In this document: piece by piece, positions 1 through 11,846 of the stretch
How the letters are laid out: each line of letters begins with the position of its first letter
How positions within the stretch are numbered: the first letter of the stretch is position 1
Assembly (NCBI RefSeq): GCF_001194135.2
Contig: NC_069001.1
Span: 27,643,113-27,686,525, forward strand
Length of the DNA stretch: 43,413 bases
Direction of reading: 5' to 3'
From: Octopus bimaculoides
Taxonomy: Eukaryota
The notes under the pieces: generated by a model
The model's database searches: none
What the model saw: the letters and a program-made list of their open reading frames with translations, nothing else
Told to the model about the DNA's origin: nothing
Translations under genes and position numbers: made by a program

Positions 1-327
1 TGTGGCTATTTGTATTAGTTTCCCTTGCTTCTGGAGTAGGTATTTTTGCAGTCCTATGGTGGTTATTTTATAATAGTTTTCTAGCTGTATAAGACCCCTG
101 CCACCTTCTGTGCGTTGTATATATAGCCTTTCTATGTCAGATTTTGGGTGGTGCATCCTATATCCTGTCATTATTTTTCTTGTTTTCCTGTCTATTTTAC
201 ATAGTTCGTTTAGTGTCCAGTTAAGGATGTTGTAGCTGTAGCTTATAACTGGGACAGCTAAAGTGTTGATACCCATTATCTTGTTTTTAGCATTGAGCTC
301 TGTTTTTAGTATTGATCTAACTCGTCT
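1..327 (-). mobile_element. 5'-truncated non-LTR retrotransposon fragment, R4/Dong-like, RT C-terminal region; runs off the window start
   Basis: Stop-free 109-codon minus frame: RRVRSILKTELNAKNKIMGINTLAVPVISYSYNILNWTLNELCKIDRKTRKIMTGYRMHHPKSDIERLYIQRTEGGRGLIQLENYYKITTIGLQKYL. HPKSDxERLYxxRxEGGRGL is characteristic of R4/Dong-type elements. Confidence 0.85.
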
Positions 328-356
328 ATTCGTACACGCACGCACACATATACATA

Positions 357-953
357 CTAGCAGAGTGCCTGGCACTGCCAGGGTTACAGCGAATAATTAG
401 ATTTTCATTCAAAAATATGATATATGAGTTTTTGTTAATAATTATTGTGATTACTCATTTTAAAAATAAGTTATGATAAATCATTATGTACAACATTATT
501 AACTTTTCCCAGTTGAGTATAAATTAAAAAAATGTTTTGAACTTCGGACACAATTTTCCATGACAGAAAAATGCTCCTTTAACCAGTTTCTGATAATGTC
601 TGTGCTTGCGTATTTTTTTAAAGGATATTGCAAAACTGTACTCTTTCAAATTATACTGGGAAATCAGTAGGTATTAATGGAATTCTAGCAATGAATACAT
701 CATTGCCTGCTTCACACTCAGAGAGTAGAGTAGCAACATGTAGCAAAATTTTCTTCACAGTAAGTATTACTCAATTGCAGAATTTTGGAGGATCTAAATT
801 TTATTGAAGCACTATAGGTGCTCCAAGTTTAAAGTCAGGTATATTAGGTGATAAACCTTATGGATCCACTGAGTTCAAATTTAACTGGATAATTTACTAT
901 TTCTCATTGGTTAAAAACAGTGTCAATACAGCTGTACGATTGGTAATTTCCTC
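357..953 (-). mobile_element. Helitron 3' end with degenerate PIF1-like helicase C-terminus
   Basis: Minus-strand translation with stops and frameshifts: IDTVFNQ*EIVNYPVKF..NSVDP*GLSPNIPDFKLGAPIVLQ*NLDPPKFCN*VILTVKK...GNDVFIARIPLIPTDFPV*FERVQF...GKVNNVVH, matching Helitron helicase motifs. Terminal hairpin CCTGGCA-N-TGCCAGG at 368-382, then 7 nt, then CTAG at 360-357 followed by T. Interrupted by the gap at 954. Confidence 0.85.
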
Positions 954-1407
954 NNNNNNNNNNNNNNNNNNNNNNNNNNNNNNNNNNNNNNNNNNNNNNN
1001 NNNNNNNNNNNNNNNNNNNNNNNNNNNNNNNNNNNNNNNNNNNNNNNNNNNNNNNNNNNNNNNNNNNNNNNNNNNNNNNNNNNNNNNNNNNNNNNNNNNN
1101 NNNNNNNNNNNNNNNNNNNNNNNNNNNNNNNNNNNNNNNNNNNNNNNNNNNNNNNNNNNNNNNNNNNNNNNNNNNNNNNNNNNNNNNNNNNNNNNNNNNN
1201 NNNNNNNNNNNNNNNNNNNNNNNNNNNNNNNNNNNNNNNNNNNNNNNNNNNNNNNNNNNNNNNNNNNNNNNNNNNNNNNNNNNNNNNNNNNNNNNNNNNN
1301 NNNNNNNNNNNNNNNNNNNNNNNNNNNNNNNNNNNNNNNNNNNNNNNNNNNNNNNNNNNNNNNNNNNNNNNNNNNNNNNNNNNNNNNNNNNNNNNNNNNN
1401 NNNNNNN
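954..1407. other. Assembly gap (N run). Other gaps: 8348-8545, 20932-21051, 21996-22262, 25683-25842, 34141-34770, 35655-35754, 37438-37447
   Basis: Runs of N, most flanked on at least one side by (TA)n, (CA)n or similar microsatellite. Confidence 0.99.
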
Positions 1408-1551
1408 ATATAGCTATATGTATATATATATATATATAATATATATATACGTGTGTGTAAACACGCACAGATATATACATAAAAGCAAAGTAGTTAGAGA
1501 ATGTTTATAGAGGCCGATAGTAATAAGTATACTGAACTGTATCGTCTGCTT

Positions 1552-1991
1552 GAGATAGTAGTATTTTACTCCAGCTCCCAATATATATTGAAAGTAAGTG
1601 ACACACCTTTACTGATCTTGCAACAATCAAATTAGTTAGTCAAAAAAATCGCCGTAAGAGATGGAAGGAGTAACTGTACTTAGAAGAAATATTGTCACAG
1701 AAACATGGTTGCAGGTACCGACGTTACAGTTATTTTCAATCCCAGGAGGACGCCTCCTACAGTTGGTTATTCGATGCAGTCTGCACCCGATATACATTAC
1801 AAGCAAGGAAATGAACCTTTATCTTTTTTCCAGTCACGTAACCACCATACGGCACGGTTTCGAGCCATTCGTGCACATCCCCGGTGGTGGATACTCGTTC
1901 AGAAGAGATAGCAATAGTTTATTCCAGCTCGCAATGTATAGAATATAAGTGGCACTCTGTTATTGATCTTGCAGCAAGCAAATTAGCTACT
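1552..1991 (+). repeat. Diverged ~89-bp direct repeat pair (1552-1640 and 1905-1991) flanking a ~265-bp unique segment
   Basis: gagatagtagtattttactccagctcccaat...tgatcttgcaacaatcaaattagttagt versus gagatagcaatagtttattccagctcgcaat...tgatcttgcagcaagcaaattagctact; about 79% identity by manual alignment. Confidence 0.8.
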
Positions 1992-2618
1992 TAGAACATC
2001 TCCATAAAGTTAATGCTTTTATCTCTGTATAGTTACTGCTTGCATAGCACTATCCACCTTACAGATTATTTGGGGTAATGTTTTTCGTAATGCCAGCATC
2101 AATGATGCACCTATGTACATCTGACACCAATATCCGCATCGCGTGATTGAGTCTTCGATAGAAAGAAAGAAAGCAATATTTCGGTAGATGATGGATGGTC
2201 GAGAGTATGAAGTAACCTGAATGTGTAAACTGAGCTGAGTATGCTCTGATAAAACAAGCTTATTTGTATGAGAGCTACAATTTGTAACATCCCGTATCTA
2301 TTCGATACGCCTGCAATGTTTGTGTTAATTCGCTTTCAGAACTTGCGGCTGTTCAGTCTTTGTCTTTGGAAGAATATAAGACTAAGCTGACAGAGAAATA
2401 TTGTGGATGTACGCATTGACTTTTCACAACACACATTATCTCGAAGGTACATTTAATTTGTAGTCTGTAATATATTGCACAGATGTAGCTTGTTAAAATC
2501 GTATATCTTGGGGATATAAAATCGAGCTTGATGCGCAATTGCATTCCGGTAAAAAGTTTGACTTCAGCTAATACGAAACTATCATAAATATTTTGGTACA
2601 GTATTATAATAGTTGTCT

Positions 2619-2835
2619 GCGAGCTAGTAGAATCGTTTGTAGATCGGTCAAAATGGTTAGCAATATTTCGTCAGTCTTTATGTTCTGAGTTCAAATTTCG
2701 ATGATGCCGATTTTGCCTTTCATCGTGTTGGCATTTGATAAAAATATGTACCAGATGAAATACTGAGGTCGATGTAACCGCCTAAACCACTTTCCCAAAG
2801 CTACTAACTTTGTGCTAAAATTTGAAACTGATATT
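2619..2835 (+). mobile_element. tRNA-derived SINE, family A, degenerate
   Basis: gcgagctagtagaatcg...tatttcgtc..tctgagttcaaatt (B-box-like)...gcctttcatc...gtaccag...gaggtcgatgtaa; same family as the copies at 9957, 19046, 35161 and 39697. Confidence 0.8.
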
Positions 2836-2919
2836 AGAATACTTGTGACGTTGTTTGGTTTTCGTACAAGCTTAGACTGCATTTGTTTGCAATTTCACAC
2901 ACACACACATGTAAATGAG

Positions 2920-3127
2920 ATGAGTAACAGTAGGAGGTACTGGTGTCAATCCACTGCGACCGTTTTTAACAACTCCTTTAATTGATCGATAAAAACCTGA
3001 ACTGCAAAATGGCCATTCAAAACGATTTAACGTATTTTAAAATCCACGGAGCAAAACATTTACAGTGATTCTGCTACTATTTCAGTTGACCGAATGGATT
3101 GACACCCCTACCTCTACTGTTACTCAT
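2920..3127. mobile_element. MITE-like element with ~34-bp terminal inverted repeats
   Basis: Left atgagtaacagtaggaggtactggtgtcaatcca (2920-2953) versus reverse complement of right (3095-3127) atgagtaacagta-gaggtaggggtgtcaatcca. No coding capacity. TA on the right flank, GA on the left. Confidence 0.75.
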
Positions 3128-3802
3128 ACTTTATTCACCTTTCTCAGAATCTGCTCTTCCTAAATATAATGGACTCTATATTTAATATAATGTAGATGTC
3201 CCAATAGCTCATGGGCGGATTTCTTTACTCAACGATATCTAACTGTGTACAATACTCTGCATGAACATCATTCGGCCAGTACTTATGTATCAAGTTTAAC
3301 ATTTACATAATATTTTTCTGTGTGTATACTATTCCGACCTAACAGGGTACCTCAATTTAAGTACATAATTCACCTGAAACTTACTTCAATTTTATATATA
3401 TAAATTACATGATTTTATATGCTATTTATTTATATTTTTGCTAATTGTGTCTAGTATGTCATTATGCCTTATTATAATACTGACACACGTAATCTTATCT
3501 AATACATCAGATAATAAGCGAAGATGTGTATGGTGATATTTTTTTCCGTATTTCATAATATATTAATTATAGAAAATTTTGATAATGTTTACCTTTTAAT
3601 GATTCATCTTAAATCTTCTAAGGAGGGAGTAATGAAATTTGGAAGTTTATCGTAATATTGTACTATCATTCTGAAGATTAATCGTAGAGAGTTCAGACGA
3701 TCGTTTGTAAATCTCTAACCTCGAGCCTCTTGTGTTATTGACTATACAAAAGCCTTCGTTCTTATATAAATCTGTGTCTCTGTGCGTGCTTAAACATAGG
3801 CG

Positions 3803-3841
<39 letters not shown>

Positions 3842-3845
3842 TGTA

Positions 3846-3975
3846 TTTTACTTGTTCCGGTTATTTGACTGCTGCCGCTCTAAGGCACCACGTTGAAGGG
3901 CTTTAGTCGAGAACACACTAACACTGGTTGTCGAACGGTATTGTGGGGACAAAGATAGTCGAAAAGACGCACTCA
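3846..3975 (-). mobile_element. SINE family B 3' tail fragment
   Basis: Reverse complement reads tcgactaaagccct...gcagtcaaataaccggaacaagtaaaaa, like the tails of the copies at 17296-17678 and 35835-36502. Confidence 0.65.
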
Positions 3976-5239
3976 CACACAGATCAAATACAAGGAAAAT
4001 AGATTCTCCTTATAGGGATGAAAACATCCCAATTTTCACTGGCTTAACTCACTGTATTATAATACCAAATTTAGTAGAGAAAAAAACTTTAAAATTCATA
4101 TAGGTATATATCAAATTTATAAAAATTAAAAGAAAATGGAGATATACAATTGTCAATTCAAAAATTAATATTTATTAACATAATATTATATTATATTACA
4201 TTTATATAATAATATGATATAATACATATTAAATATAAATTCAATGCAATTGTTTCGGTCCTTACCTATAATAAAATTATAAAAATCCATGTTTGTGGGT
4301 AAGAATCTATTGAGTGTAATGTTTGATAAATGAGGAGTTACTGATCCAAGAAAACACTGAATTTAAATCTGTTTGTTTTCAAGCATGAACGTCAATAATT
4401 AAAAACAAAAACAAATATGAAAATAAAAAAATAAAATATGAAAAATTAATATAACAGTCATAAAATATATTTGTATATTTGTTAAAAATTTTAATCTACC
4501 TGTATTTTTTTAAAACTGCAGTAACGATATTTAAAAAAAAATCATGGCAATGTTTTGCAAACAACTTGCACATGCAAGTGCTACCAATTGAGAACACCGC
4601 ATACCGGAAGCCAGCAAGTGTATCGGGTCATCAGGAGAGAATTCACGCCGTTTCAGGGCCTACATCTCGCCGGCATCAATGCGCACCGCCCCCTCACTGA
4701 TATGATGCCCTGCTTGCCAGATCAACTGGTTATTAAATAAAGCTCAGTATTCTTCTAGCCATCACTCATGGTCTCTTTTTAATCAAATGCAGCTGTTAGC
4801 CTTTTCCACTGTAGTTTGGATATCGGTCATGGTGGTATTTACTTTACGATGAGTTAGGCCTAACAATAACAACAGTCGTCCCTTTTATTCTTTCATAGTG
4901 TTAAAAAATACGTCATTATATTAATAATACGCCATTTATGGGTAAATAGCAAAAAAATATATCTAAAATACTTTATCACCTCTATTGAAATAGCAAATAA
5001 TATTATAAATTACATTGCATTATTTATTTATAATAATCCTTAGTAAACATCAAAGATTAATAATTACAATTACGTAGTTTATATATGAAAGTAACTTTCT
5101 AAACTATATTACCATAATATCATAATTATCGTGGAAATTAAATATATATATATACATGTAAATCCCCATATGATGGTATAGAAGTCAATAATACATGGGA
5201 TACAACCAAATAATAAAGTGTTCGGACTTGAATAAAAAC

Positions 5240-5980
5240 GATTTGAATACGGGTGAAACCCGCTCACAGCTACGTAGTCGAAATGACAGCAGAAGCTATT
5301 GTATGCTCTACATTACAAAAGGTGCAAGCCACCCAGACGCACACACACAAAACACAACATGGAAATACAATACCAACAGCTCAGTAACATTCGAACGGAC
5401 GTCGCAGAAATAAGAAATACCCTAACACTAGCAACCACACAATATGTTTTTTTTAATATCAAGACTAATAGTAAATCCAGGACTACTTAGTGGTATAATG
5501 CTCCGTTCTCGTAACCAATAACGTCCACCATCCCGAAACAGTTTTACACCTCGACCGAGGAACACATTCCCATGGCTAGAAAGTGCCAAAGAATATCCAG
5601 TACGCACAATGTCTACTTCGGTTCCTCCACTAGCCGTTACCTAGCACAAATAATACCAGTGCACAATGCGAGTAAACTATAACGCTGGTATAGGACCGCT
5701 GAAAATATTACACTAGGCAAGGGTAATGAACATGTCGACGGAAATATTGGGGATACGAATCCGGATGACAAGGTAGAAACAGTTTTACAGAGTTCCACCA
5801 AACTCACTCTGCTATCTGTCTTTCTTGAGAAAAACTTTGATATTACCATCCCAAAGAACAGTCAACTCTAACATGTTTACTAACTTGCATTGTTCTGTAC
5901 CATATGAAAATGAAGTATACATTTCCAGTAAAGAATAATATATACAATTAAAATAAAAGGTAAGGATTCGAAATATTTAC
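5240..5980 (+). mobile_element. Penelope-like element relic (RT thumb to linker)
   Basis: DLNTG...LYITKGASHP; YQQLSNI; KSRTT*WYNAPFS*PITSTIPKQFYTSTEEHIP...LAQIIPVHNASKL (5491-5680). Matches PLE motifs LNxGxYKP..LYIxxxSNHP and IIW[FY]NPPFS...IISSHNKKIL. Confidence 0.7.
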
Positions 5981-6891
5981 TTGTTTTTTTTTTTTTTCAT
6001 TATGGGTGTGTAACTTCTAAATCCAAGCCAGTAGTTGTTAAATTTTTTTATTTCAAATCTGCAAATCAGGTAATTTTATATTGAAATATGTCGCTTTTAA
6101 TGAAGCTAGTCATACAAACACAAATTAAATGAGTTAAATGAAACGTACTGCGACTAAATACACTACGTTTGTGTCCTAAATTGATTTCAACCGAAACTTT
6201 TGATTATACTATATAATTTAAACAATTGTCACCTCAACAAAAGTGTGCTGTAACTACAAATATACATAACTAATTTGTATTCGTTTGCTTCTTCAATTTA
6301 TTGCTTTGTAAATTTATATAGATGTGCGTGTAGGTGTGTAAATATATCTCACATTACATTTCATTAATATTTTAAATCAATTATATATTTCATTTATTAT
6401 ACTTACAGAGTTTGAATTCTTTATTTTATGTATATAACAAACATTTATCTATTTAATTACCTATTTAATTACTTTATATACATTTGCTCTCTATTATATA
6501 TGAGTGTGTGATGTGCGAAGGTACCTGTGTATGATAAAAACGTATAAATATATTTTCATATATATGCCATACATATATTCATATACAGCACACACACTTA
6601 TAAATTAATGAATACATACATGCACCCACTACATACACACACACACACACATACACAAACACATGTATACACACAAAATTACACATATCTTCTCTGCAGA
6701 TTCTATTTGCTTCAGTGTGTTAAAAGTGTCTAGCGTGGCAAACTTTTTCAAAGGCGGACCTTATAAAACATTAAGCTAAAACAGAATTAATTGTTTTGTG
6801 TAATAACTGACGAAATAGCCTCATTAAACAGGTTGCTGCATTAGCTTATATTGACAATGATAAGGAAGTACGAGTCAAATTTATTTAATAA

Positions 6892-6929
<38 letters not shown>

Positions 6930-7059
6930 TTATTTACACAAACATAATTATATAGATAGATAGATAGATATCCCCTCTTGAATGATTACATAGTATTTAT
7001 TATATTACATTTCATTTTCACAATTTATTAGAATCTACAGACAGTATTTAGTTATATAA

Positions 7060-7685
7060 ACGCTAATATGCAAACAGAGATCTTGTCTCGTCCAGTTACA
7101 AATGATAACGCGAAGCAATGGAATCGGAAATCTTCAAGATATAGATTGTTTGGTATCTGTGTGCGTACTTGTCCACTACCAGCCTTGTATTTGTCAGCTG
7201 TTGCCAGTTTTGTGCCGCAAACTTTATCTTTTAAGTATCACTATTAAAAATCGAATGCGTTCAATCTACATGATTAGTAAAATCTCATCAAGGTAATGTC
7301 GTATATCAGCATACCAGAACGCGTATTGCTATACATGGCGCGTTTCATGTTCAATGAGAAAATGTACAATTCTTGAAACGTAAATGTTCCCAAGAAAACG
7401 ATACAAAATGCGATTGATCTTTGATTTTTCTATTCCCATCGCATAACTCGATGGCTGCGTTGACGTCATTTTTTTCTACTTTGGCTTTCTAGCTACTTTT
7501 CTTGGTTTGTTGTGCTCGTCGATATTCGCTTTCCTCCGGAACATTTCGTTAATTCTGAAGTGTTCCTTCTCATTGCGTTGCCCCTAATTAAAGTGATAAT
7601 AAGTGGCACAGATGGATTTGTTTGAAACTCCCTGAGGAACACTTTTTGCACTTAACATGATGAGATTTTTTGTTGAGGCAAACGT
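7060..7685 (-). mobile_element. Degenerate Tc1/mariner-superfamily transposase (DUF4817-like HTH N-terminus)
   Basis: Frameshifted minus translation: FASTKNLIM/VQKVFLREFQTNP...KCSGGKRISTSTT...TSTQPSSYAMGIEKSKINRILYRFLG. Resembles FAxTxSVxxVQRxFRxxF..P and SxRxxSxxLGIxxSxxxRIL of DUF4817-type transposases. Confidence 0.55.
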
Positions 7686-8771
7686 TTAAAAATATACAAT
7701 ATTTTGATATAGTATAAATGTTACTGTAAACACATATGTATAACTATTTGTATCTAAGATTATGTGCCTATGTCTCTATATGCGCGCATGTTTATCTTAG
7801 TCCACGGTGCCATTTAATTATATATTAATATACAAATATTTATCCATAAGCGTCAAGCGAACGTTGTCAATAATCATGTTAACTTTGGTCTCCCTAGCCA
7901 GTTATATTTCTTTTATTTGTTCAGGTCTATCATTCACAGAAATAGCTTATCAACTATATTATGAGATCTACATAACACCGAGCAGGATTTGACATTATAA
8001 ATCTAGCATAAGAATAAAATGACAATATCTTCTTTAATAGAAATGAAAGGTTTGTCAAAACAGTTTTAGACAACCAGGTGATTTACCTTTTCTCCATCGA
8101 GAATCGGTAAATACATCAATCGATTTTTTCAGTAGGTTTCTTTAATGTTTTATCTCTTTCCACTTTTTTGCTAGAGGAAAAAAAAGGCATACCAAACTTT
8201 TTGAATCATAAAGATTTTTGCATGCTAACAATATATCCTCAGTTTCCATACATCAAAAGACACATTTCAGATGATGCAGTCAGGAAATTCTTTATCTCAT
8301 AATTGATTATAATCTTTAATCTCTTTTTTAAAGTATCTTTTGCATTTNNNNNNNNNNNNNNNNNNNNNNNNNNNNNNNNNNNNNNNNNNNNNNNNNNNNN
8401 NNNNNNNNNNNNNNNNNNNNNNNNNNNNNNNNNNNNNNNNNNNNNNNNNNNNNNNNNNNNNNNNNNNNNNNNNNNNNNNNNNNNNNNNNNNNNNNNNNNN
8501 NNNNNNNNNNNNNNNNNNNNNNNNNNNNNNNNNNNNNNNNNNNNNACATATACATACATACACATATACATTTACATACATACACATATACATATACACG
8601 CATGTACATATGTCTATATAAGCATATTATACACACATTTATATTTGTATATTCTTATGTGTGGATATATGTGTTCTGACGTATGTGTGTACACGCACCT
8701 AATTCATTAATATACATCTATATAATTATATGCGTATGCATGTTGTATATAAATGGGTGTGTGTTTATCTT

Positions 8772-8890
8772 TTAACTTTTACTTATTTCAGTCACTAAAT
8801 TGCGGCCATGCTGGGGCATAATGTTGACGAATTTTTATTTGAATGAATGGACCCCACTACGCATATGTTTTTGTTCAACCTAAGCCATTA
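8772..8890 (-). mobile_element. SINE family B 3' tail fragment
   Basis: ttacttatttcagtcactaaattgcggccatgctggggca is the reverse complement of the gctccagcatggccgcagtcaaatgactgaaacaagtaa-type tail. Confidence 0.65.
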
Positions 8891-9956
8891 GGCAGCGATA
8901 ATACAGTTCATTCGGTACATTTGTGTATAAATATTTCGCCCCAGTATTATTTATGCTCGATTACCAATAGACTGGGGACTAATACATGAAGATTAAATGG
9001 AATGGTGTCCTATCTGATCCAATACATAAGCCCTGCTTAGTGGTGGAGATAAATATAAAAGTGTAGTAATCGTAGGCGTAGGTCTTGAATTGGAGAAAAA
9101 TGTATAAGTCGGTTGCTTTTTAACTTGTGATATGAAGAATACCGTAAAAGTAGCAAACTTTACACGTGGGAAAGTAGGATGATGCACGTCTGAATAAAAG
9201 TGCAGTAAATGCTGGATTCGGGTAGAATTCGTCAGGATTTGAAGATTATTTTTAAATGTTTGACTTAGTCTTTCTATTTTCATAAATTTATCACTGTTTT
9301 TAAATGTTTGTAGATAGAAACTATTATACGTTGATTATAACCAAGCCCGAATTGATGGAAACCCAATTCGACATTAATGGAATTTGAAATCAAGACATAA
9401 TAACAAATGAAATGTTGCTAAATATTATATAATGTCTAATAATATAAAACAATTACTTAGTGCAAATGAAAGATGAAATCAACCACTACATATTATCTAG
9501 TGATTTACTTTAGTCCCACACCCACGTGCTATTAACTGTATATGCGCCCAACCTGTTTGTTATCAACACCGTTTTCATAATTGATATCGACTGAGTCCTA
9601 CACTCAGGTTCCCCATAATTAAAGCTTGAATAGTTTAGTTTAATTTCCAAATGAGCATTGAAAATATCACCGAGAGCATGCCATTCACTTTATAGCAACT
9701 CTAATGCTAATGAAGATTTACATGCAATTTCTATGTACTGGCAGGGAGATGCTTATCCAAGTTTATGTATATATGTTAATGAGCATATAATGATTTACCC
9801 GCTGAATCGTTAGTTCTGAAATACATGATAATATATGAATATATGAATAATCTGTAGGGCTGCAGTTTAGTCCCAATCAATTACTATAATCACCAGTTTG
9901 GCTTCTTTCCTACTGAATTGCGTCCTCGTCCTTTCTTTAATATTAGGACATTTTTA

Positions 9957-10147
9957 AGGCGACGAGCTGCCAGGAAATATACTGAGTGGCATTCGGTCCA
10001 TCTTCACTTCCTGAGTTCAAATTCCGCTGACGCCGATCGACTTTAAATTTCATATTTACGGGGCCGATAAAAGATGTACCGGTTGAACACTGGGGACGAT
10101 GTTATTGGCTTCCCTTTCCCCTGAAATTGTTAGCAAAATATGACACC
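9957..10147 (+). mobile_element. tRNA-derived SINE, family A, degenerate
   Basis: aaggcgacgagctg...ctgagttcaaattccgctga...cggggccgataaaagatgtacc...ctggggacgat. Confidence 0.75.
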
Positions 10148-11846
10148 GATATTATGTCATTTTGTTTATCCAGTAGTAAAAATACACGTACATGATACAC
10201 CCTGCTTTTAATCGTTGGACACTATCTAATTCTAACAATATCGAATAAGCATGCACACGGAATTATCCTCGAGCAATCTAGTCTACACTATGATATTACA
10301 CTGTAAGCCTTTTACTTTGTGTACTTTTAACGGACATGATGTCATAATAATCTCTCTTGACAATTTTAGAACGGGTACATATTTGTGATCTCTGAGCGGT
10401 TGAATTGATCGCTTGCGTGCTTACCCGACTTATATCGATTAACCTCTTACAAACTCGCGTATCACATAATCGTTCGTATGATGCAACTTGAGACACCATA
10501 ACTGATGTCTACTCGGTTCTTTTACGCCTTCGAGGTCTTTCAAAGTTACACACTCTCACTCAGGTAACCCAGCCAGGTTTTATCAAGCTCCACCTTGTAT
10601 CCAATAGGAACTAAGCTGATAGCAGTACTCTTTCCACTGCTCACACTCTGATGACTGTAGCGAATCTGTGTCACCTTTTGTTGCCACCACAGCAAACTTG
10701 TTGAACTTTTAATTGAAATCTTCTAATCACCGTTGTCCTCAATCAAAACGGCATGAAAACATTTACTTCATGCTGTTGTGATTGCGTATATAATACTTGG
10801 AAACCTAGATATACACATAGGCGAATTGTTCACGAATAGAACGTCTTCAATCACGGCTCTCCTCGATCATGTTTGACCTCTGGATAAATAACAACATCAA
10901 GCCATTTTTCTATTCTCTGTATGTAATTTTCTATTTTTGTAGAATGTTTGTTAAAAACGTTCGTATTTGACACCTACCGTTCATATTTTGTGATTTATTC
11001 ACAATATTTGTCATATATCACCCATTAGTTTACTATTTATTATTTATTTATTCATTTGATTATATTATGGGTTTTGTTATCCTTGTTGTTATTTTTCATA
11101 ATGCTTTCAGCACATTAATTTATAAATTTCACTTTTCTTTCAACATCAAAAGAAATTTATTATCTATTTAAAAAACAAAATAATATCGTATGTGAAAAGG
11201 CCACCATATATTTAAATTTTTGTTTTTGTTTTCATGCCAAATTTAATTCATTGGAAAGGCAATTTAAATCATATTCATTGATTTTCTTTGTCTTATTTTC
11301 TAATGTACGTTAGAAAAAAGAACATGGTGTCTATTAAATAAACAATCCAACTTCTGATGTTTGTCTTGAATATAAAAGAACTTATAAATAATTATCAAAT
11401 TCTCCTGCACATACTACTCATAATACAAACTGAAATACAAATATATAAATTATGTTATTATATACAGACGTATTAATTATATATAATGAAGTATTTCTCT
11501 CAATGCAGGAAAAAAGTTTCTCTGGAATTAAAACTTCAGGACATGTCATGCAGCAAAACTAGTCAAAATGGTATGAGTTCAATATAGATCTCATAAACAT
11601 TTGTGAGTTTATATGCCTTCATTTAGCTGCTAACAATTATCGTATGACTTGACAGAGTAAAAGAAATCCTACCAGCTGCGATTAACTCTTCTTTTGTAGT
11701 TTATTAACTCTTCTTTTGAGACCGCGACCTGTTCACTAACACATTTCTGTACTGCATCTGAGAAAGTAACATTTAGCTCACGATATATTTGTACATATGT
11801 AGGCATGCATGCATGCATGTATGTATGTATGTATGTATGTATGTAT

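Noticed and set aside
907-1480. Long ORFs spanning N runs (also near 8.3, 20.8, 21.8, 25.6, 34.0, 35.6 and 37.3 kb)
   Set aside because: They are open only because N codons and (TA)n/(CA)n repeats contain no stops.
10480-10720. Minus-strand peptide ECEQWKEYCYQLSSYW resembling an RTE-LINE WKEY motif or a C-type lectin start
   Set aside because: Multiple stops, and neither family's downstream motifs could be found.
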